The notes: generated by a model not told the origin, from the letters alone. A DNA stretch of 63,754 nucleotides, filler included, from Octopus bimaculoides (GCF_001194135.2; 5 parts of 5 records of this genome joined end to end with filler, not necessarily neighbours in it); one strand, 5' to 3'; shown: positions 32,051 through 46,890, numbered from the whole stretch's first letter. Numbers and translations are program-made.

Positions 32051-32090
32051 CATCTCTGATGAAGGGATATCCATAATATCCCAGAAACAG
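32051..32090 (+). ncRNA. Hammerhead ribozyme motif (family H2), 3' part lost in N gap
   Basis: CAUCU CUGAUGA A-GGGAUAU-CCAUA-AUAUCCC-A GAAA CAG, then gap. 7-bp helix II above an A.A mismatch. Inverted partner of 31679-31728. Confidence 0.6.
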
Positions 32091-32190
32091 NNNNNNNNNN
32101 NNNNNNNNNNNNNNNNNNNNNNNNNNNNNNNNNNNNNNNNNNNNNNNNNNNNNNNNNNNNNNNNNNNNNNNNNNNNNNNNNNNNNNNNNN

Positions 32191-32223
<33 letters not shown>

Positions 32224-35200
32224 GCACATGTATGCACATATATGAATATATATATGTATACATATGTGTGTATTGGGTTTTGCTAAAAAATTGTTTATCG
32301 CATTTCTTTGATAATTGATTAAATGTGAACTGTTGTACGCCAGTTACGGTCACTCATATATAAAGCATTTATAGGTTCAATATCCAACTTGCTATTTTTG
32401 ATTCTATTGTCAATATTATTATGAACAACATCACATACAAAATATGTGTACAAAACCACATATCTCTATGTTCCAAATTTAGATGCTTTAGAAGCATTTC
32501 AGTAGGCATTTTCAAATCAAGCAGATAAGTCATAAAGGTCACTCTATATTTCATATTCATTTTCGTAGCAATCATTTCACTATTTACTAAAATGATACAT
32601 TATATTCCATCTCGTAGTATCTCTTAAAATATCATACATTTAAATATTAACTCTGATGTACATAAGATGCATCTATATACAAAGAAGCCAGATGTGGAAT
32701 ATTTTATTTCATTCGTTTTCGTACGATAGCCTATTTAGACGTTTGCTAAATCATGTAGATATAATACCTCTTCTACTATAGATCATGAAAAATGACCTGT
32801 GATTGACTACTCGCTAAAGAGAAAATAAATCAGAGAAGAAAAAAAATAGCATAATAACCAGTGCTACATATTGCACCAATTCTAGCTTGATTTGTTTCAG
32901 ATGAAAGTAATTTTCGAATTAAAATTTGCCTTGAGTCACGTTTATTGAAATGCAAATAAGATGCCCCTGAGAATTAATTTTAAATTGTTCCCACAATTCT
33001 AGGCTAAGTAGATTTAAAACAAAATGAGCTAATTTCGCGCTTGAACTGCCGTAAAACATTATTGACAGTGGCTGAATATAGGACAAGACGTTTGAATAGC
33101 ATATAGGGAAAAAATATATATTTGACGTATGAATCATATTTAAAGATATTCTGAAGCTTTCACTCACATCAAAATAATTTTTTTTATATTCCTTTTAATA
33201 TTCCAAATCTAGGTCTTGACAGGTTATCATTTCAACATATATAAGATTGCGAATGTAAGTAAAAGATATGAATTGATTAATTGTAAATATACCAGAAAGT
33301 GTTATGCGCAATTCTAACATAGTTTTCGTGTCTGCACTTTAAAGGTTTCCGTGCTGTACCGTAGTATCTATTTCGGATCCTTGTGGTTTCCTTCACTGTT
33401 TAAAATTATCTTTTTAAAATTTTCTTAATGTGTCAAATTTGTTATTTACTTATTCTACAAAAAAATTTTCAAAAATGTTACAGGTGTTCAAAGTTTGATA
33501 ATTTTCACAATTTGCTGCCAATCAGAAAACAGTACGTTCGCTGCCACTTCAATCATGAGAGGGAGCGGGGCGTCGGCACGTCAAAACATTAGACTAGCTA
33601 CAGTATACAGTGAACCAAATGAAAAGATTTGCGAGCAAATAAAATATTTAGGTACTACGAACAAATCAACAGGAGTCGCTACAAATAACACTCAACACCT
33701 CAAAATATAACAGTCAAAATATTGTTTAAAACGAAATTTATTAATTTAAAATTCAAGAACGAAAGTTTGTAATACACTCTAGTAGTATTTTATAAAATAA
33801 ATTATCTTTCAATTGTTGAATGTGAATCCCGTCTGTTTTGAAAACAAAAAATTATAGAAGTGGTGGTCACACTCCTTGCGTGCATGCACAGCATCTTTCG
33901 TTACTATAGAAACAGATTTCTTCGACACAGTGATTTCTAAAATACTTGCTTCTGATTGGTTAAAATACCCAAATTTTGCAAATTTTAAAGGCTAATAACG
34001 TTTTAATTATGGATTTATAGAAAAATAAATTCAATTTTCATAATTAGTATACAAAACTTAATCCATATACCAAATTTTAAAACAATTGGAACAAAATTGT
34101 AAACAGTGATAAACTACAAAGATCCTTTATTTCGTATGCCAGTGTAATCTGATTCAATTGTATATGTAAAAGTCTTCATTTATACATCTCAAAGAAAAAA
34201 ATAACAAATGTGACGGCTATTAAGTCCCATTTCTCTTCACCTTCAGCAACTTTCTTAAGTTTTAATCGTGTCGTCTTCTCTGTATGTTCGTGCTTATGCT
34301 AAGGGTTAATGTGAAAAAAAAAAAAAAGAGAAGACATTGCTTTTCTTTTTTTCGTGTCCCCGCCACTTTCATTTATTTATTCGTAAAATAGTTTTTAATG
34401 AAATATTTAGTGGGACTGACATGATATGAACGACTAAACCGTTAACGGCATTAATGTTCCACTATGACTCCCAATCAAATGAGTATGTTTTGAGCTGAGA
34501 ACAAAGAAGTAGATACTATATGTCGGTAAATGTGGTTTGGTCAGTTGCCATACAACGTTTACGTGTTCAGTGAATTTCTTGAAATATCTGATGTTTTATT
34601 TTTTATATTTTAATTCATATATATTTTTTTAAATAAATCATGCGCAAGCTCTCTGAAATTATAAATGAACGCACAGTATATTCTAAATGTTACAAATATT
34701 TCGAAAATTAGAGATATCAACTCTAAACACACTTAGATTACAGCTCAGAATATTTTAGAGAATAATAATTCAGATTAATTCTTTATGACGAAGAATATGG
34801 CAAATATCCAATCGGCATGTGTCCGTATAACACTAGCCCATTACTATAAGAAACATGTAAATATAATTGTGCGATAATTATATTCCAGCTTAGTAATCGG
34901 GTAGACGCTACAGATTTGTTGGCACTTTAACAGTAAATAATATTCACGTGCAGTTTTCTCAACTCTCTGTTGTCTCTATTTGTCTCGATAATTTGTGAAG
35001 ATGATTGGCATCCAATTATTTTTAAATGAATTGAATTCTCCAAACCAAACAAAAATCGAAAAACAAAACGTATGATGAAGTATCAATTACAAGTGACTAG
35101 GCTGCTCACACCTATTTTTTTACTTCTTACCCAAATCTCTTCATTTCTAGTATTGTATTCGATTATGATTGTATGTGTCACGTGTAAGATAGTTCTTTAG

Positions 35201-37434
35201 TCATTTTGCTAAAGATTGTCTTCAAAATATTTTGTCAAATATTCAGAGGTAGATATTTGCAGACTTCATCAGCTTTCTAGTTTACTGTCACTGGTGAGAT
35301 TTGCACTTTTGGTTCGTTCAGTTTGAGTACCTACATGTGTAGGTGAGTGACATACGCCTAAGCGGTCACAGATAATTGTATTTGTTTGGAGGAAAGACTG
35401 TAAGTATGCTTAAGATTGGCTGTTGAATGTGTGAAACACATAGCAATGTGAAATATTTAAAGCTTCAGAGGGTAAAGTCATGATATATAGAGAATCCGAA
35501 GCTGTTATACATGTGAAAAATAGAGAAATCAACTGGCCAATGTTGCTTTGGATGCCGACTGTGTCTAGAACTGTCGAATAAAGTTCTTTTAAAAGAAAAT
35601 AAACACTGATTAATATATTAACTTTTATGAAAAATCATTATAGAAGGATATTTATATTAATTACTCGAAATGCTCATCAACAATACAAATAATATTTAAG
35701 TCAATGTAAGCATATTTAATGTAGGAAGCTAATTATAAATAATAACACGGTAACGTAATGTTGGCATGCGACTAATTTGATACTGTTTCGGTATCTACCG
35801 GAGAAAACTATGTGTTCTTACGATGATATCATCTGCGAATAGATGATTTCAACGCAGTCTTAGAAATAACTTTAGTAACAGTACTAAGTACATTTAAAAG
35901 AAAATGCTCTGATTTTGTAGTTGAAAGATGAAAGACTTTATTATTTTCAGAAATGTTAGCTAGCTTTACGATATTGTCAGTCATATAAGTGCAGGTACCA
36001 TCCAAAATTACAGGTATTGTGAAACTTCCCATCCGTATTGATTTGTAGCGTTTATTTTGAATTATTTATTTTTAGTAAATTTGACTGACTGGACTGTTAG
36101 TTTGATATGAAAAGAGATTGGATGTACGGATCTTTATATGAAAAGTAACTCGATGCGAAAATGGCGATATTGTCACGTGCATATTTGAGACTAGTCTCAA
36201 TGCCTGAAGGACGGTCTCTGCAACTTTCACACACTAATATTAATAATAAAACGAAAATGTTCCTGCTCGAGTTAAAGATCCTTTATTGAAACATTAGATA
36301 TAATTCGTTTCTTCTAACTGCACACACTCTTAAATATTCTATGAACTTGTGTATATGCTTATGTAATGCATATATAACGCTTGGAGTAGAAACAGCTGGA
36401 TAATGATCATAGGTTGTAATAATTGGGCAAAATCATGATTCTTAGAAAACTCGGTTTTCAAAATTTCCTTTTATTTATTTATTCTTCATATTCAATATAA
36501 TTTCACAATGGTAGACCGCCACTGAAGTTGGGCAACGTTCAGCAAATCATACAATATATCCTTAATTAGCAACATAATACTGAATGCATAATATAAGTTC
36601 CATATATCCGTTTCTCATTTATCTAAATCTTTATGATAGTTTTCCCATTTCTTAATATATGTTGATCGATATTTATTCAAATTTATAAAGAATTTAGTGT
36701 TCATATACAAATTCGTTGTTAGTATAATCCTGTTTTCAAATAGATTCAAATACACGAATGAGAAAAAGCAAATTCTAACGCACTGCGAAACACTAAATAT
36801 ATGATTGTGTACCTGAGAGTGCACGTGCACGCGAGTGTGTGTGTGTATTTTTGCGCGCGTGTATATTAGGATATATAGAGAAATATAAGCATATATAACA
36901 CTCATCATCGATACAGAAATGTATATTTCGAATTAAACGAAGAAGTTTATACAGAGATGTTAGTGCTAGAATATGTAAGCATAGCTGTATATGTGATGTT
37001 CTATGGTCCCTGTGTACAGCGTAATGTATAGTATTTAACTTCGGTACGCTTAAACTAACATATACTTAGGAAACCTGATCTTGACTATATTTCAAGAAAA
37101 TCTATCATATGATGAATTGCTTGTCAAAACTGACTCAAATATTAGTAATTTCATGATAGAAGGCGTGATTAAGTTTACAATAGGCCCGTTATAAATTGAC
37201 AGAATGAATCCTTATAACTTTCTGGAAATTACAACGGTCTTGTTAGCTGATCATCATCATTACATTACCGTTGCCATAACAACACTTATTGTAGAAAGGG
37301 TTCTTTGGAGAGTTTTAAAATAAGAATTTTGCTTTGTTTTCAATTTCTTATATCACTGTCATCACTGTCTTATTAAAAAAGAATAATATCAATGATAGTA
37401 ACAGCAACAAGAATAATAATGATAAGCACAATAG

Positions 37435-37445
37435 TACTACTACTG

Positions 37446-37504
<59 letters not shown>

Positions 37505-37540
37505 GGTGATTATGATGATGATGATGATGATGATGATGAT
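37435..37540. repeat. (TAC)n and (GAT)n microsatellites
   Basis: Direct reading. Confidence 0.95.
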
Positions 37541-40190
37541 AATTATAGCAATGGCAATAATACTGATAATATCGAAAACAAATATTTAGTAATTGCTTAA
37601 CTCTTGACTCGTGAGAGTCTATTCGATGTCCAGTATAATCTGCAGTGAACAGTAATAATGGCACAAGTGAAAAATAGATAACAGTGGCACAGTAAGCTTA
37701 CTGAAATATACACTGCTAGCAAAGGAGGTAGAATAAAGTTTTTACGTATGAATATATATATGTATATGGCACTATGTATATAGTTACTCAAAATCCTTAA
37801 TAAACAAAGATGGTCATATTGAATATGTTCTTCAATATCAGCAGTAAGCAATATTAAAGGAGAAAAACAGGATGCCCACGAAAGGACCACCTGTGGATCA
37901 TAGTCTCATTTGAACCTATCCAAAATAGTTGTTGTGGAATTAGTCTATGCATAAAATATTGTCTATCGTAAAATACTATACTCTGGAACTTCTTGATACA
38001 TATTTTGCAACCTAATATTAAATACAAAGNNNNNNNNNNTGTACAATTCATAATTGCATCTGAAACTTATATTCATATATACATACATATATATAAGTGT
38101 ATATATGTACAGCAGAAAATAATTTAATACCAATATATCCGGTCGCGACACTATTTTTGCTGAATATGTAAAATAGTGTCTCTACTGATCCCATTCATAT
38201 TATATACATCATGTTGTTAACTAGCTCCTGTATTTATTTTTAAGCTTAGAGTTACTGTGTTATCATTTCTGTATCGCCCCATCTACATATTCTAATTTGC
38301 ATTGTCTTTGAAACAGTTATAATTCTACAAATATGAAGGACATACTTTCGCATAGCAATGAGAGATAATGAGGTTATTTTCTTAAAATTTAATAAGTCAA
38401 TTCAATATATTTTTCTTCATTGTTATTGTGAAATCCTCTTTAGAAAAAAAAAATTGGGGTTAGGTCAAATAAAGGCGATTTCATGAAGGTGATTTCTCTT
38501 ACAAATTACATGATATATTCCAGAATGTAAAAATACGTGTTTTCTACTCTTCTTTAAAAGCATTACCGTGCTATGTGTTTTCTAGCTTCATTTTAAATAT
38601 CATATTGATCTTATATATCGTTTTACATTATATTGTTGCTTTCTAACATTCGAACACATTTATTAAATATATGCTTTTTTCCTTAAACTCATAGCAAATA
38701 CTTTTAGATTTTCTTACTGTGGTCGGAATGTACATCTATCCTCCAAGGAAAACTATGTCTGTGTATGAACACATATAGAAACTTGAAATAAGTTATAATT
38801 TTAGCCAAACTATCTGCATTCAGGCTTTGTGTACGCCTTGCCACAATAAAGAATACGCTTGACTTTCTGAAGTTAAATATATTTTCAATGAAATTTTGAA
38901 GTTATTTCTAGCAAACCAAGTAGATGGTTTAGAAGAAACGTTTTTGAAATAATTGCAGTGAAATATTTCAAGTCGAAATTGAAATCAACTGAAAAGATGA
39001 GCTTAGTTCCTGCTACTTCAGCATATTGACCAATTTTGTATCAAATATTGTAGACACTTTTTTTTTAGTTATAGGATAAATAGTTCTTGAATTATTATAT
39101 AGAGATTGAATGTTGTTTATTCAAACCAATATCAAAGAGATTACGAACTTTGCGAATCTCACTGCATTTTATCCCCTGTACAATTTTGTCTAATCTTCCA
39201 TGAATTGAGACGGATTAATAATATATCGTATGATATTAGAATAACAAATACAACAACCACTTGATTATGCAGTAGCAATGTTTCAGTGAAATAAAACTGC
39301 TGTGATAGTAAGATCAATGAATGGGATGTCTGGGTTGATATTTGATTGCACCTACTTAGATGTATTGTTCTTCTCGTTACAAATGTTTGCCAATGTCTAA
39401 TATAAAACGAATAGAGTTATGTATGGGAACCACATTTCTGATAAGAACGTTTTTAAATAATCTAAAGGAGGTTATGTATGTGTATATGAATGTGTGAATG
39501 CATGTGTGCGAGTAAGATAGATTTTGTGTGTATATGTTTGTTGGCCACTGAATATTCATTTCCAATCAAATTATAAACTCAGATCTCATCTCACACTTGA
39601 GAAACACTATATGTCCTACTTGGAATGCAAACGCTTTTAGCTGGAATAAATCAAGTTACATAACTAAATTTAAAATAATAATTTTAGCAATTATTGATAC
39701 GTTGCAGAATAAAAACTATGATGTATGAAAATGCACACCATTAGGAAAATATTTAGCATCACTGACCAAATAAATGTAGACATATGTAATATATATTGTA
39801 TGGTAACTAAAAATTGAAATCATTTCGTTATTGAAAATGATTGATCATGGTAAAGTAAACAGTTGAAATTTAATAAATTCTCAACCGGAGTAAGATGTGT
39901 TGTATAGGTCAGAGGATTCCAATATCAAAATACTCAAACTGCATCTAAGAAATATTAGTTTAGTTCCTCGATATTTAAGTAGTTTTTTCTTACAATACAT
40001 TGTTTCCCACAGTGTTAACCACAAACTGTTTCATTGGTTTACATCTAGAAAAGCCTTTCATAACGTAGAGACCGTTATTAACGTTCAAATACTAGTTTTC
40101 CCTATTGCATTTCAATATTGACCACAAGATGACACAGGACTATCATCGCCGCATTTTCAATAAGGTTTGTCGCCATTATCTGCTTTAATA

Positions 40191-40280
40191 AATAAAAATG
40201 CTCAATGTGTAAGCTATTCAATAAAAATGCTGAATGTGTAAGCTATTGAATAAAAATGCTGAATGTGTAAGCTATTGAAT
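40191..40280. repeat. 29-bp minisatellite, about 3 copies
   Basis: Unit aataaaaatgctgaatgtgtaagctattg starts at 40191, 40220 and 40249. Confidence 0.95.
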
Positions 40281-40710
40281 GATTAAAGGTACCACACATA
40301 TTTTAAATCAACATTTGCACAGGTATGTATTATCAAAGCATTTACATAGTACTCAAACGGTCTTGTATATGCGATGTGTTATGTTAATTGTTACATGAGG
40401 TGTGACAACAAGTCACACTATTGCCATCTGCTATATATAATATGGTCAGAATAAGACAGAAATAAGCGAGATATGGCCCTTATGTACAGAAACAACTTAA
40501 ACATTGAGATAATGGTTCGTATCACATTCTTCTCAGAACATTTCTTTTCCGTTTCATATAAAGAGAACTTCTGAGTAATGGCTTAATGAAACGTTCCGTT
40601 ATGAAGGCAGTCCAATACTGTTAAACAGGAGTCCTGTATTTACAGTGACAGTATTTGTAAATATATTAAATTCAATCACAAATGCGTCATTGGTGCATTT
40701 TAATACATTA

Positions 40711-40752
<42 letters not shown>

Positions 40753-41164
40753 NNNNNNNNNNAGAGAGAGAGAGAGAGGGGGGCAGAGAGAGAGAGAGAG
40801 AGAGGTCGTGGTCTCAAAGACACGAAAATATTTTGGCGAATTAAATTTAAATATTGAAGTAAATCTAACGGTTTTTGTGTGTTTCTTAAATGGCTTATAA
40901 ACACCTTCCACGCTGGAATTGTTTTCGTTCCAGCACACGATCTCAGATAAGGTCACTTGCTATGCAAGTACATCTCCGATATAGATGTAGATATATAAGG
41001 GATAAAGCTACTACGCGAGCAATGTAAACGCATACGGCCGGCTTCCCGGTCTCTGTGGCCTGTGTACACAACTGTTACAAGAATACTCAATTTTTTCCAA
41101 GCCTAGTGGACTTGTACAAGTTGAAATAAAGAACAAAGTTGTTGCCTTTTTTTAAAAACACACT

Positions 41165-41242
41165 GCACACCCAGTTCAGGAATCGAACCTTAATTCTTAC
41201 GATGATGAATCTGACACACTAACCGCTAAGCCACACGCCTCC
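41165..41242 (-). mobile_element. SINE family B tRNA-like head only
   Basis: Reverse complement tggaggcgtgtggcttagcggttagtgtgtcagattcatcatcgtaagaattaaggttcgattcctg, with A and B boxes. Aligns to 19903-19970. Confidence 0.7.
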
Positions 41243-44200
41243 ATACACACACACACTGATTCACAACGCGCTGATACACACACGCTGACACACACACGCT
41301 GACATACGCTCACACACACACAGGCACGCACACACACACACATATTCTTATATAGCAATTCAGTCAGCCTGCTAGAGGATTTTTGTCTGTTACAGATGTA
41401 TGCATGCGTGTATATATGTATATAGCTGTGTATGTACCTGTATATGTATATATGTATGTGCATATAAATACACATTTGCAAACACACACACAGTTATAAA
41501 TATATATATATATATATATAGAGAGAGATGTAGATATAGATATATATGTGTATATATANNNNNNNNNNNNNNNNNNNNNNNNNNNNNNNNNNNNNNNNNN
41601 NNNNNNNNNNNNNNNNNNNNNNNNNNNNNNNNNNNNNNNNNNNNNNNNNNNNNNNNNNNNNNNNNNNNNNNNNNNNNNNNNNNNNNNNNNNNNNNNNNNN
41701 NNNNNNNNNNNNNNNNNNNNNNNNNNNNNNNNNNNNNNNNNNNNNNNNNNNNNNNNNNNNNNNNNNNNNNNNNNNNNNNNNNNNNNNNNNNNNNNNNNNN
41801 NNNNNNNNNNNNNNNNNNNNNNNNNNNNNNNNNNNNNNNNNNNNNNNNNNNNNNNNNNNNNNNNNNNNNNNNNNNNNNNNNNNNNNNNNNNNNNNNNNNN
41901 NNNNNNNNNNNNNNNNNNNNNNNNNNNNNNNNNNNNNNNNNNNNNNNNNNNNNNNNNNNNNNNNNNNNNNNNNNNNNNNNNNNNNNNNNNNNNNNNNNNN
42001 NNNNNNNNNNNNNNNNNNNNNNNNNNNNNNNNNNNNNNNNNNNNNNNNNNNNNNNNNNNNNNNNNNNNNNNNNNNNNNNNNNNNNNTATATTTAAAATCA
42101 AAGTAAAAAAATTGGAATCGCTCAATTTAGAAAAAAATGGTTAAGCTCCACTTCAATGCCAGCATCGCTGTTTTGCTGGTGGAAACGCATGCTAGTGCAT
42201 CTGTATCTGTGATGCAGCGCGTATTTTACGTATTTGTGGTTCTTCTCGTACATCTTTATTGAAAAAATATAGCATGAAGTTAGTACATTCTGTCATCTGA
42301 ACTTAAACGATTCGGCTGTCTTGTTACCAGTCATGAAAAAGAGCCGGCATGGTCATGCAGAAACGTCATACGTGACATTTAAAGGTTATGATTAAAAGTA
42401 CATGTAAACAAATCAGTCAAGGCATAGCTGTTATGCAAATTATTTTGTGTAAGAATGTAAAGGATTGTTTTATTTTTAGAAAGGCGAAATATTAAGGTGA
42501 CTTTGAAGAAATGTGTTTAAATGAAACTTAAAATAGCATCAAAATGCCTTTAGGTGAATGAGTTTAGAATCAAGATAGCAACTGATAAAAAGGAAGGAGT
42601 CAGTATTTAAAGCTATTACATCTATATTCATTATTTGCGGTGGTAATTCACTGTTCAAAAATTTAATAGCTAAAATATTATTCTAAAAATCAAGAAAGAA
42701 AATTCAATCACCAGTACATGTATGCCGTTTTCTGTCTCTCTGATACACAAGTGCCACATGCATGGACACGCAACACGCACATTCATGTGACTAAATAGTG
42801 TATCATTAAAAACCTCTATAGAACTTTAGGCGTACATTAAATTACACATGATTACTAGACTTGTATGTAGGTATGATGTATGCATGTATATACATATGTG
42901 TGTGTGTATGTGTGTTTGCGCGCTCGCACGTGTGTGTGTATGCACACATACATACATATATGGGCGGATTGATTTTACTAAAAATTCTTCGTGATGGTGT
43001 CCCATCATGGCCCCAGTCTAATCACTGACATAAGTAAAAAGATAGAAGGTATATATAAACACATACGCTTACATGCAAACAAATATAGATATATATTTAT
43101 ATGGATATAAATATCTATACATATAATGAAAAAACACGCATATACAACTATATAAAACTTACATACACATAAACAGATATGTACATATATTTTGTATGCA
43201 TGTGTGCATGCGTGTGAGTGTGTTTGTGTACATGCCTTTATGAGAGAATGGGAATGAAACCTAAACTTATGAGAATGAAAAACAATCTCTTTCGTAGAAT
43301 ACTTGGGAGTGTTTCCAAATACAACAAATGATTCACAAACATCAAACATTAACTGTAAAAATATAAGAAACAGATTGATTTTTCTATGAATGTTGGATTT
43401 ACTATTGACTGGTGTCAATGTTTTCATATAACTATAATTTAGTTACACATCTCTCTTATGAAGGAAATAAACAATTATTTCGGCATGTAAAGTAGTAATA
43501 AATTTTAGTCACACATCTCATATTGCCAAGTTCAATGATTCTTCTGCAATAATGAATGATTTTAAACTGTACATATTCAATTGGTTGTTGACACGTCCTA
43601 TGGACGTCAGATAAGATTTATTGTGTTATTTCGCAACGCTGTCTCATCAATTTCTTTTCATATACCTCAGTGGTTATTATAAGTTGAACATTATATTTGG
43701 CTCATGTATTATAATATAGAAGTGACACAGTAGTATCCAGTTATACTGGTCTAGTGAGGAAAGAAAAATTGTTTAGTCGGTTTCATATCACTTTTACAAA
43801 ACAACAGCACTAGTAATGTAAGTGATGTCGACAACATATGTTGAAGTTCTGTGAGATAAAAAATATATATATTTCCGTTTTACAGACCAAAAGTACTTTA
43901 CTCTGAAAAAATGTGAACCAGGTTACATAGATATATAAGTTGTCTTCTAAAAATGTGATAGTGCAAACGTGTATTATTCAGAGAGTATGATGCTAATATA
44001 TTTAATTATGCATAATGTGAAACTTTAGGATGCTGCTCCATACAGTCCTATAAATTAGTGTTCGATGAAATCTAAAAACAGGGAACGCATATTCTATAAT
44101 TTTTCTAAAGTGATATCTAGCTGTATTTACCATGGACAGCTACTTCCATCATCATTAGATTCATGAGTATTTCGTAGCTTCACGAGTTACCTGTTGCTTG

Positions 44201-44501
44201 AAATACTCATTAAAGAATTACAACTTACTTCATTGTCAATAAAACGTTTAGATCGACAACAAAATACAAAATTATTTATCACAGCACTTGCTTCAACCTC
44301 GCTTTCATATATTATATTCTTTTATAGACTGAAACAGCAGTGCATAAACAGGGGCCGTCCTACACTCGGTTACCTTTTTTAATTTTTTTGTCAATAAAAT
44401 TGAATCTACAGTTAATCTGGTATTCATTTTAAACACAATTATTTTGGTATTCATTTTGGAAGGCAAAGCTCATCAGACAACTGAATAAGCACACCTGTTT
44501 C

Positions 44502-44660
44502 TACCTCTAAGGTCATAATAACGAGTATGTTTTTACTGATTTACACTAGTAAACAAAACATTTATATCAGTATACACATATAAAGATATATGCACAAATG
44601 CACACACAGTTGCACATACAAACCACACATGTATATTGAATGGATTCTGCATTATTTGCA
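44502..44660. repeat. ~160-bp direct repeat, second copy at 47164-47323
   Basis: tacctctaaggtcataataacgagtatgtt.ttactgattt.cactagtaaacaaaa...atgtatattgaatgg..tctgcattatttgca occurs at both sites. Confidence 0.92.
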
Positions 44661-44959
44661 TATGCTGAAATTCTGTAAGAAAGGATGGACAAGGATATAA
44701 TTATAGATAAATATTGCTGATTTTTAATTTCCATTTCTAACGTTGGCATGCATATGCAGGGTTGCGTTTAATCAATTAAATCGACCCATGTACTTGACTA
44801 CAATCATTATTTTCTTTATCACACAATGCTGGATGTCAAATTTGTTCTCGATAGGGTATGAACTCACAATAGAAGACACCATAATATATTCTAGATGCAA
44901 TTTGATCCAACTAACGATTCTGATACAAATACAATTGACTTCAATATTACATTCAATTG

Positions 44960-45180
44960 GAGGCTGTGCTCGGGCAAAATTGTTAAAGCCCCGGTAAAAC
45001 CGTTTTGTTGTATTTCTTCCGACCCATCACGTTCCGAATTCTATGTACATCTATGTCTACTTTACCTTTCATCCATTCGGGGTCGATAAATGAAGTACCT
45101 GTCAAATGATGTAGATCGATGTTATCGATTTGTTCCCTTCCCTTCAAATTACTGGCCTAGTGCCAAATTTAGAACGAATT
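44960..45180 (+). mobile_element. SINE family A, old diverged copy
   Basis: ctactttacctttcatccattcggggtcgataaatgaagtacc...tactggcctagtgccaaatttagaa. Confidence 0.75.
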
Positions 45181-46825
45181 TTATATTCAATTCCATTCGT
45201 ATAAATGTGATATTTTCTAGAGGGTAGTTATAAATAATTGATTTTTATTGGAATTGCTAGGAATTTTCTTGGAATCTTCGCAGTAACAGAATTTTTAATA
45301 CCGTTGATTGGTCATTGTAAATATATTGCTAAAAATATAGGAACGATTATGAAATGTGAAAAATTTACCCAAAATACAGAAATTTGAAATGTCTAAGAAA
45401 TATTCAACTTTATATGATATTTACATTTAAACATTCTTTTTAATTACCCGATGTCTTACAAAATGGTTACCTTAATATATTGTACAGAATAAATTGTGTA
45501 GCCAAATGCAGATTTCTATAAATTATTGCAAAATCGAAGCTGTATTTCATTTTATAGCAAATGTATTCCATGTTTTCATGTAGATTTTATAATGAAACAT
45601 ATAACATATTTAGATTTTATCATTCTCCGTCGTAACATATGCAATATTTATTCTTATACTTAACTCTGGATTGTATGCTTTCTGTTACAGTGGATAATGT
45701 TGTTAAACTAATTTTTCTGTTTATATATATCATGAGTTTCTGAAATTATGGACTATTTTATCACTGCTTAAATACAGTAGCAACAAACAAAAATTCCTTA
45801 CGCCATCCTTCTCAAGGAAGAATGTTTTTCGTCTTCTTCATGTAGTAACTATGGATGCTTCGTTTCCTATATCGTCTGTTATGGTTGTTTAGGATCCTTA
45901 AGTTTTTTTGAAGCAATATCACGATACAATTAACAGTGCTTTATGATTGAGATTATACTTATCTGCTTCAGTAGCGTAGCAAATTGTGTTCATGAATCAG
46001 CGTCTCATGCTTCTGCCTTGTCAGTTTCTTAATACTGAACAAAATAATAATCTGTATATATATTCTTCATTTATAAAATGTTATAGGCCATCACATAAAA
46101 TACTCTATATTTTTTTTATTAAATAGAATTTTTTCACATGAATATAGATCGACAACGATTTATCTAAAACGAGAATAACTTAATTTTTTCAAGGATTCTA
46201 AAATAAAAAGTAATACCAAGGTTACGAGAGATAAAAAAAGATTTAATTTTGTGTTTAGGGAGATTATTACCTAGAACTAACTACAAAATGATCTTTAAGA
46301 AACAATTATTTCACACTATATTTGTCTCTTTAACTTAAGGAAGGGAAAATATCTGAGAAACAAAATATTTTATGCATGCGTGTGAATGAAACTATGTATG
46401 TTTATATGAATGCATGTATGAATAATGCTTGCTTTTTAATAGGATCAGCAAAAACGTATACAATCCTACGCGATATATTATCGTTTAGTCATCGCATTAG
46501 CTTAGTAATCGGACGAGCGTGTATAGCATACCGTAAAGAATTCGACAAATGTCGAGTTTCACATGCATTGGTTACTCCCTGAGGAAATACAAGAAGACAT
46601 AAACCAGAAAATACAAGCAAAACAACGAGGGGAATGTGTTAGAAAACGTCTAAGGGAAAGGGAGATAAATTATATGTCCATTTAATTTCTTAAATGCGTA
46701 TATCTCAAAACATGCAAATACATATATTGGTTGTTGTTGAATTGGGGAACAGTTAAACGCTATTAAACTATATTTCTAATCCGGTAAGGCACTTTTTCTA
46801 GTTCGATAATAGAAACCTATTATGA

Positions 46826-46890
46826 GGGGCAGACGAAGTACCGCTAAGCATTTCGTGAGCTAACGATTCTGCCAGCTCGCCGCCTTAAGG
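46826..46890 (-). mobile_element. SINE family A head fragment
   Basis: gcagacgaagtaccgctaagcatttcgtgagctaacgattctgccagctcgccgcctta. Confidence 0.8.

Noticed and set aside
35800-36060. Minus-strand snippets HLFADDII (RT-like), ANISENNKV (cadherin-like) and INATNQYG (Ig-like)
   Set aside because: Isolated short motifs in different frames with no supporting neighbours.
37865-37990. caggatgcccacgaaaggaccacc, resembling a Tc1/mariner terminus
   Set aside because: Too short, and no partner TIR or coding support before the gap.
40191-40280. 29-bp repeats reminiscent of CRISPR repeat length
   Set aside because: Directly tandem with no spacers, in a eukaryotic context.
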